Assembly (NCBI GenBank): GCA_964016885.1
Contig: OZ024741.1
Location: forward strand, 109,430,001-109,494,000
Reading direction: 5' to 3'
Length of the DNA: 64,000 bases
Source of the DNA: Eledone cirrhosa
Lineage: Eukaryota
Shown here: piece by piece, positions 55,927-64,000 of the stretch
Layout of the letters: each line of letters opens with the position of its first letter
Position numbering within the stretch: the first letter of the stretch is position 1
The notes under the pieces: model-generated
The model's input: only the letters and a program-made list of their open reading frames with translations
Database searches by the model: none
Told to the model about the DNA's origin: nothing
Program-made: the position numbers and the translations under genes

Positions 55927-56340
55927 TACGAGGGTAATCCCAAAAGTAAGGTCTCCAAAGCGATGGGGACGCAGAGAAACTGTTAGTATGGCTGTTGGCA
56001 ACACTGTTGTGATTGGTGCTTCCTTCACTCCCAAAACAAGCATGCGCGCGCTTCGCTGGGATGTTCAATCTTGGCTTGGCAGCCGTTGAGAATAGAGCTT
56101 CTGTTGAACGCTACCGCCAAGTGCTAATTTCGCGCAGTTATTATATAGAGGGCAATCCCAAAAGTAAGGTCTCCTTCCGAGGAAAACATGCGTAAAGATC
56201 GGCGGATCACTCTGGATGCTCTCTGCATTTTGGTTCCTGCGGTTTCCCGAAGCACCATCCCCAGGATTTTAACGGAAAAGTTGAAATATTGGAAGTTGCA
56301 ATATCGGAAGGGGACCTTACTTTTGGGATTGCCCTCGTTA
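55927..56340 (+). mobile_element. Mariner-derived MITE
   Basis: TIRs TACGAGGGTAATCCCAAAAGTAAGGTCTCC / GGGACCTTACTTTTGGGATTGCCCTCGT, a mariner HTH remnant (KDRRITLD..VSRSTI.RILTEKL), and an extra internal TIR at about 56148. Confidence 0.85.
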
Positions 56341-57562
56341 TCGAGTATGGCCATTGACGATATAACATTATTAATAATTATTAATTAATTCTATCATACA
56401 ATTCCTGTGCGTGAAGATTTTATTTAAAGTGAGGAAAGACTGTGCACTGAGCCAATCCCACTCTCTGAGCGACAGTAGCTATAACCCGAAAAGAAGAAAA
56501 TATCAACATCATCAGTAACTACTGAGCCGCAGGTTTTATATGGGAGTTATCCCAGATTCCTGAGTTGCCTTCTCCTAGAAGGCAATATACATACATACAA
56601 TCATACATGCATACATGCATACATACATAGTGGCTGCCAACTCGTTTTCGAGTACGGCCACTACTTTATATCCATGTAGGAGAACTCCTACCGATGCGCT
56701 GAACGAGTGTGACATTTTAGTCCAGCTAGCTACTTGAAAACTCTGGTACAAACACTACACCTGTGACAATTATTGACACATAGTGCTGGGCCCATGGTTC
56801 CATGTGACGACAAGTGCAGAGAGATCTCCAGATATAAAGCAATGCCTGTGCCGTGAAGCTTTTATAGTGAGCAAAGGCACTGCACAAAGCCAGTCCCACT
56901 CTCTTAACCAAGATGATATTTACCAAAAAGAAGAACAAGTCAACATCATTGGATACCATCAGGGTTGCAGGTGTTATATCAGAGTTTTCCTTCTCCTAGA
57001 ATTCTGCCTTTACAAAGGCTAAGGGGTCATCTCTCCCGGTGATTTTGGATGGCCATTGACTCTTTGACAGGTTTTGTTTTTAGTCCTGCAGGATGTCCAA
57101 AGTCACCCTCCTCACCAAGAAACCTTGGTGGGGTTGCCAGTTTAGTCGCCAACGACCCGACCATGAGACAGGTTGTACTGGGATACATGTTACCAGTAGC
57201 ACCAACTGGTGACCTGACATAACATACATACATACATACATACATACATACATACATACATACATACAAATACCAATGCATATACACACACACACACGCA
57301 CACACATACACACACGCGCACACACGCACACACACACACACACATATATATATGTATGTGTGTGTGTGTGTATGGAATATAGATTTAGAGCCAGGTCTTG
57401 TGGAGTACGAATAGGCAGGTATTTTGATATTTTGGTGAATAATGAATATTTAGCGGCGGTTAAGGTGGTCTTATGTAAGTATTGTACCACGGTTCTTACA
57501 AATAGAGGAATGAATATGAGATGTAGTATAGGATCAACTAGTGAGTGATTTAGAATAGGTGA

Positions 57563-57785
57563 TGGCGGTGGATTGGCACAATTGGTAGAGTGTCGAGGAA
57601 CATGCTTAGTGGCATTGAGTTACGGACCTTTACGTTCTGTGTTCAAATCACGCCAAGGTTAACTTTGCCTTTCATCCTTACGGGATCGACAAAATAAAGT
57701 ACCAGTAACGTACTGGGATCGATTTAATCGTCTTCCCCCTCTCTCCAAATTACTGCCCTTATGCCTATACTAGAAATTATTTTTT
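57563..57785 (+). mobile_element. tRNA-derived SINE (main family), full length
   Basis: Same consensus as 32722-32925. Further decayed copies lie at about 54030-54100 (-), 62190-62620 and 63440-63600. Confidence 0.85.
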
Positions 57786-58039
57786 AGAATCGGTGTGACA
57801 AAAGCTATGCACGTGTATGGTTTCTCTTTCCTAGACACTAGTTTGAACTGGAGCTGGTTGAATAATGTATGGGTCGGATAATAGTCGTTATTTTCGGTAC
57901 TCTATTCATATCTAGAATAGAGTACAACGGGTACACATGTGGAACAAAGGTTTAACTCTAACAGGCGGTCAGAATGATCATAGATAATGCGCATGTTATG
58001 TCTGCAAGTAGTCTGTTCAAACAAGTCATAGGTGAACCA

Positions 58040-58132
58040 CTGGGCGAATGTTGTAGATACATGGATGATATATTTGTTTTAAACTACAGCTATTTCGAAG
58101 GATTACTGTATAAATTTTATCCGGATAGTTTA
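58040..58132 (+). pseudogene. Tiny PLE RT fragment
   Basis: CRYMDDIFVLNYSYFEGLLYKFYP resembles the RYIDD..N..F....IYP motif. Confidence 0.5.
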
Positions 58133-58165
58133 CACACACACACACACACATACACACACACACAT

Positions 58166-58240
<75 letters not shown>

Positions 58241-58358
58241 TATGCACACACACATGCACACACACATGTTTATATATATATTTATATATATATATATAGG
58301 AACGAGTAGGACCCCGACGGCTGAGCTCAAGCCGTTTCGACAGCTAATTCTGGCTTCG

Positions 58359-58405
<47 letters not shown>

Positions 58406-58511
58406 CGCGTGTGTGTGTGTGTGTGTAAAAGGTAAACAGAAATAACAACACAATCGGTACAGTATATGGAAGGTATATATTAGGTTAACGCTGGATATAG
58501 CAGGAAGAGGG

Positions 58512-58547
58512 TCTTAACGTTTCGGACGCTAGTCCTTCATCAGAAGA
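58512..58547 (-). ncRNA. Minimal type I HHR (degenerate copy on + at 52658-52690)
   Basis: The reverse strand reads TCTT CTGATGA aGGAC tagc GTCC GAAA C GT T AAGA, with a palindromic AACGTT stem III typical of PLE HHRs. Confidence 0.8.
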
Positions 58548-58657
58548 AAGAATGAGAAATAAAATAGATTAAGGGGACGGGCGGGATGGAATTGGAAAAA
58601 ATGTCTTCAGATAAAATAATAGGTCCATTCATGTTGACATCTCTTGCATATATATAC

Positions 58658-58697
<40 letters not shown>

Positions 58698-58701
<4 letters not shown>

Positions 58702-60776
58702 CATCTCTCTAGTGGGTCCGGGTATGCATTTTACATTCATTTCATTTATTGATTTATTGATAATTTATCTGAGTGGCCCGAATCTTCCATATCGAACTTT
58801 TCGGTTATTTGGTTGATTGTAGACATATTCTACGTGTGACGGTATTTTAACGATAGTTATAGCTCTAATTTATTTGAATTATAGAGCCCTCTGCCGATCA
58901 TCTCGAATTTTGTTTATCGTGAACTCGTGCGCCGATTTTTCGATACTCGATTATTCTACTATATTTAGCTCTAGACTTAGCTATTGACCAGTTAATTTTA
59001 TTGTTCATTTTTTGTCGATTCTATTAAATGATGAATAGCCCCTGTTTATTTTAACATGTCTATTGAGCACTCTTATTCGATATGTGTTTTTGTCACATTT
59101 TTCCGAATATTTTTGCGGATATAAAGGTTATCTCCCTTGCTGAAATCCATGTGCGTATTTTTAGCCTGGGTCTTATCTTTTTATCCATTCGGACGAAGCT
59201 CGTTGATGAAGTAACTCCAGTCCCCATTATCTGTAAGGCTTATATTTTTATATGAGCTGATAGATGACGGTTTAAGGATTTACAGAAACCCAAGAAGCTA
59301 GATATTCCATCTCTCTAGTGGGTCCGGGTATGCATTTTACATTCATTTCATTTATTGATTTATTGATAATTTATCTGAGTGGCCCGAATCTTCCATATCG
59401 AACTTTTCGGTTATTTGGTTGATTGTAGACATATTCTACGTGTGACGGTATTTTAACGATAGTTATAGCTCTAATTTATTTGAATTATAGAGCCCTCTGC
59501 CGATCATCTCGAATTTTGTTTATCGTGAACTCGTGCGCCGATTTTTCGATACTCGATTATTCTACTATATTTAGCTCTAGACTTAGCTATTGACCAGTTA
59601 ATTTTATTGTTCATTTTTTGTCGATTCTATTAAATGATGAATAGCCCCTGTTTATTTTAACATGTCTATTGAGCACTCTTATTCGATATGTGTTTTTGTC
59701 ACATTTTTCCGAATATTTTTGCGGATATAAAGGTTATCTCCCTTGCTGAAATCCATGTGCGTATTTTTAGCCTGGGTCTTATCTTTTTATCCATTCGGAC
59801 GAAGCTCGTTGATGAAGTAACTCCAGTCCCCCATTATCTGTAAGGCTTATATTTTTATATGAGCTGATAGATGACGGTTTAAGGATTTACAGAAACCCAA
59901 GAAGCTAGATATTCCATCTCTCTAGTGGGTCCGGGTATGCATTTTACATTCATTTCATTTATTGATTTATTGATAATTTATCTGAGTGGCCCGAATCTTC
60001 CATATCGAACTTTTCGGTTATTTGGTTGATTGTAGACATATTCTACGTGTGACGGTATTTTAACGATAGTTATAGCTCTAATTTATTTGAATTATAGAGC
60101 CCTCTGCCGATCATCTCGAATTTTGTTTATCGTGAACTCGTGCGCCGATTTTTCGATACTCGATTATTCTACTATATTTAGCTCTAGACTTAGCTATTGA
60201 CCAGTTAATTTTATTGTTCATTTTTTGTCGATTCTATTAAATGATGAATAGCCCCTGTTTATTTTAACATGTCTATTGAGCACTCTTATTCGATATGTGT
60301 TTTTGTCACATTTTTCCGAATATTTTTGCGGATATAAAGGTTATCTCCCTTGCTGAAATCCATGTGCGTATTTTTAGCCTGGGTCTTATCTTTTTATCCA
60401 TTCGGACGAAGCTCGTTGATGAAGTAACTCCAGTCCCCCATTATCTGTAAGGCTTATATTTTTATATGAGCTGATAGATGACGGTTTAAGGATTTACAGA
60501 AACCCAAGAAGCTAGATATTCCATCTCTCTAGTGGGTCCGGGTATGCATTTTACATTCATTTCATTTATTGATTTATTGATAATTTATCTGAGTGGCCCG
60601 AATCTTCCATATCGAACTTTTCGGTTATTTGGTTGATTGTAGACATATTCTACGTGTGACGGTATTTTAACGATAGTTATAGCTCTAATTTATTTGAATT
60701 ATAGAGCCCTCTGCCGATCATCTCGAATTTTGTTTATCGTGAACTCGTGCGCCGATTTTTCGATACTCGATTATTC

Positions 60777-60781
<5 letters not shown>
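58698..60781 (+). mobile_element. Tandem array of a 606/607-bp HHR-bearing unit (about 3.4 copies) inside (TA)n; retrozyme-like
   Basis: Units start at 58701, 59307, 59914 and 60521 and are essentially identical. There is no ORF. An HHR spans each unit junction. Confidence 0.85.
59198..59329 (+). ncRNA. Extended type I HHR (copies at 59804-59936 and 60411-60543) with a U3-G8 core
   Basis: GCTCG TTGATGA aGTAAcTCC[~57 nt]GGAtTTACa GAAA CCCA agaag CTAGA..TCTAG TGGG TC CGGGT. Confidence 0.7.
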
Positions 60782-60810
<29 letters not shown>

Positions 60811-60965
60811 CTTATGCTGGACACCACCAGAGGGTCATAGCCCCGGACTTTTGCATAACTACGGCTTTCTAGATGTTTATCTATAAACATATCGTATTTC
60901 CTTAGAAATACGAAATTTCAATACTTATATGTATACAGTTATGCATGCAGCTAAATCCTAATTCG

Positions 60966-61088
<123 letters not shown>

Positions 61089-61569
61089 ATAATAATACAA
61101 TAATTCAGATTTCATGAGCCAAAAAATATTTTAGAATTATTAAAATATGAAATATTGAATATTAGTATCTCTGCTTCTGTATTATTGTATGCATACATTA
61201 CCAAATCTATCTGATGTATGTTTCTGTTTATTTACATGTATGTGTACGTATCTGTGTCTGTGTGTTTATGTTTTCATGTATGCCTATATGCCTGGGTGTA
61301 CATGTACACATATTGAAAAATGTCTAGAATTATTTACCTTACGATTTTTATGTCACTCATCGACTGGTTCCTCTCAAAGAAAATTATTAATCACATACAC
61401 AAACACATACGTACATGCATACACATTCATGTGCAAACACACACACACATCCAGAATGATACATACACATATACACTCATGCAACAAGTAAAACCCCTAT
61501 ACGCGCATATGCATGCACACACACACCCACACACACAGACAGACATGCATACATGCATACATGCATACA

Positions 61570-61601
<32 letters not shown>

Positions 61602-61646
61602 CACATACACATATACAAGCATGCATATAAAAATAATGATTATATT

Positions 61647-61690
<44 letters not shown>

Positions 61691-61730
61691 TACTGTGCAT
61701 GCATATATACACACATACACACATACATAC

Positions 61731-61809
<79 letters not shown>

Positions 61810-64000
61810 ATAGACAAACGCAAATAGAAAATGTAAACAAACACATCTACGCACATCCTCACGCACATATATACCATGAAAGAGAAATACTCATTAAGTC
61901 AAACATAAACACATAAACACACGCAAAAGATTAATTACTGAAAAGGTATAGTTCTCGATTTTTAATGGCGATTTTTAATTACAGTAATTAGCATGTACAA
62001 CTAAAAGTGACCTCTGCCACAAATATCCCAATCGTGAATGTCATTAAATCGATAAGACAGATCCTGTGTAGGGCTGAAATTAGACCCGAGATATCCATAA
62101 ACTATTGTTTTATTAGAAGTGTTCAATTATTTTAGCGAAATTGATGTTAAAATATAATATAACTTTTAGAGGTTAGTAACCGTAATTTGTACCTATTAGC
62201 AGAGTTGTTAGAACGTGTGATAGAATGCTTTGCAGTATTCGTTCCAACACTCCGTTATCTGAGTTCAAATCTTGCAAATGTCAATTTTGCGTTTCAGCCT
62301 TTAGGAGGTCGATAAATCAAAAGCACCAAATTAGCACAGGGGTCGATTATTCTTCTATATCTCTTTTTCACTTCCTCACTATCCTTCTCTATATTCAAAC
62401 GTCAGGTTTTAACAAATTCCTCCTAAACGCCATATTTCACTACGAATTCCCAACGACACCACAAGGAGTTACGCGTCAAAGAGACTGGCTAAAAAGTTAT
62501 AATATTTATTCAGGCTCTCTGTGCTCTGAGTTCAAATCCTGCCGAAGTTAAATATGCTTTTATTCCTTTCGATTTCGATTTTTTAAAAATACCAGTCCAG
62601 TACTAGCGTCAATTGTTCCACTATGTCACTTTCTCATTTCCTAATTTACAATGTAGATATTTACGATATATGTGTCTGTATAAAACGCAGCATAACGGAA
62701 AGGTTAAGAAAGATCGCTTCAAAAAGATTAGATCTCGTTTCCGATCCCATTGGATGGCATCAGAGACAAGTGTTAATTACCATAATTCGATCGGCATAAC
62801 TGTTCTGAAGCCCGTCAGATGGAGTTTAGTTGTAATTTAAAGGGGCTACACTTGTCAACCACTGTCACACTGAATCCCCCAGGTAACTACTTTAAGGGTA
62901 CATGTTTTAACATGCTCTGTTATTTTTATGAGCAGGATATAGCGTAGATCGAACAACTGGGGTGATCATCGTCGAATTTAATGGGGGTCCCTTCTTTAAA
63001 TCTTTCTCACTTCCTATCTCCTCTACTCCCCCCACCCCATTCTCTCTCTCTCGTATATCGTGATGACGCTCCCTACGACTCCATCAGGTATTACGACACA
63101 ATTGAAAATACTGAAGGCTGACGCTTTCATCCTCATCTCAAACACTTATCGATTGTTTTCAATTTGCTGCCGCCCGGTAAATTGTTTGGAGAATGAGAGA
63201 GAGTAGCGAATATTGACCGAATAAAGGAGTCAGCGAGTACAGCTAGGAGAAGACACTAATGTTTGCTATAATCCTGATTATTAATGGTTAAATCATTTGT
63301 ATCACACCCTTATCCCCCGGCTCGTTTTTATGTAGCTTTACCCAGCCCCACATGGAATGTAATACTACATTTATGAGGTTTATTTTATATGAGTGAGCCT
63401 TTGTGCCTCACAAATTAACCGTTTGTTATCAGTATTAGTAATAATGGGCGATGAATTAGCAGAGACGTTAGATTATTCAATAAAATGTTTTGTGGATTTC
63501 TTCCCAGCTCTCTGCGCTCTGTCAATCCCGCCAAGGTCAATTTTGCTTTTCAACCTTTCGAGGTCGATAAAAAAAGTACCAGTCCAGCACTGGTCAATTC
63601 TTCCTCTATAGCTCTTTATGGCTTCCTCTCTATTACTTTAACTCTCTTTCTCTGGATGAAATCAACTATCGTCAAAATTGAGAGGAGATGGGATCAGCCA
63701 GGTTTTTGAAAGATGCCCCCAAACCGCTGTATTTAACTACGGCACACATACGACTCCATCAGAGTTGTAGGTCCACACATACATACGTGTTTTGCCCGAA
63801 ATGCAATGTAAATACTACGTTTGTGACGTTTATTTTATAGTATGAGAACCCTTGTGACTCATAAATGAAATGTTTGATATTAATATTAGTAGCATTATTA
63901 GGATTAGTGTATATTCACCCATTCTCTTTCGTCATTCAAAATACATGAACGACAACAACAATAGTTAATTAGTAATAATAAAGAAATATTAGAAAGATAC

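Noticed and set aside
56980-57218. GC-richer segment resembling a LINE 5' end or SINE
   Set aside because: I could not assign it to a family from the sequence alone.

Overview
This is AT-rich eukaryotic DNA dominated by (TA)n/(CA)n/(GA)n microsatellites and tRNA-derived SINEs. It looks like an intergenic or intronic stretch of an animal genome, most like a cephalopod (octopus-type; this is inference). No host gene is recognisable, and most ORFs in the track are microsatellite translations. The real coding content is all transposon-derived: an intact 709-aa Penelope-like element (PLE; RT plus GIY-YIG, Naiad-type) with partial-tandem and inverted pseudo-LTRs; several decayed PLEs; an internally deleted Gypsy LTR element; a Helitron-type PIF1 helicase followed by a USP (peptidase C19) deubiquitinase; and mariner, CR1 and RTE relics. 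The main hidden signal is non-coding. About ten distinct families of short elements sit in (TA)n tracts and carry type I hammerhead ribozymes (HHRs), more than 20 full or partial motifs found by eye. They occur as fold-back palindromes or as head-to-tail tandem arrays (474-bp and 606/607-bp units, one HHR per unit, retrozyme-like). Several families have non-canonical catalytic cores: a compensatory U3-A8 in three families, U4A, U3-G8, and very long stem II/III inserts. All coordinates were read by eye and may be off by a few bases.
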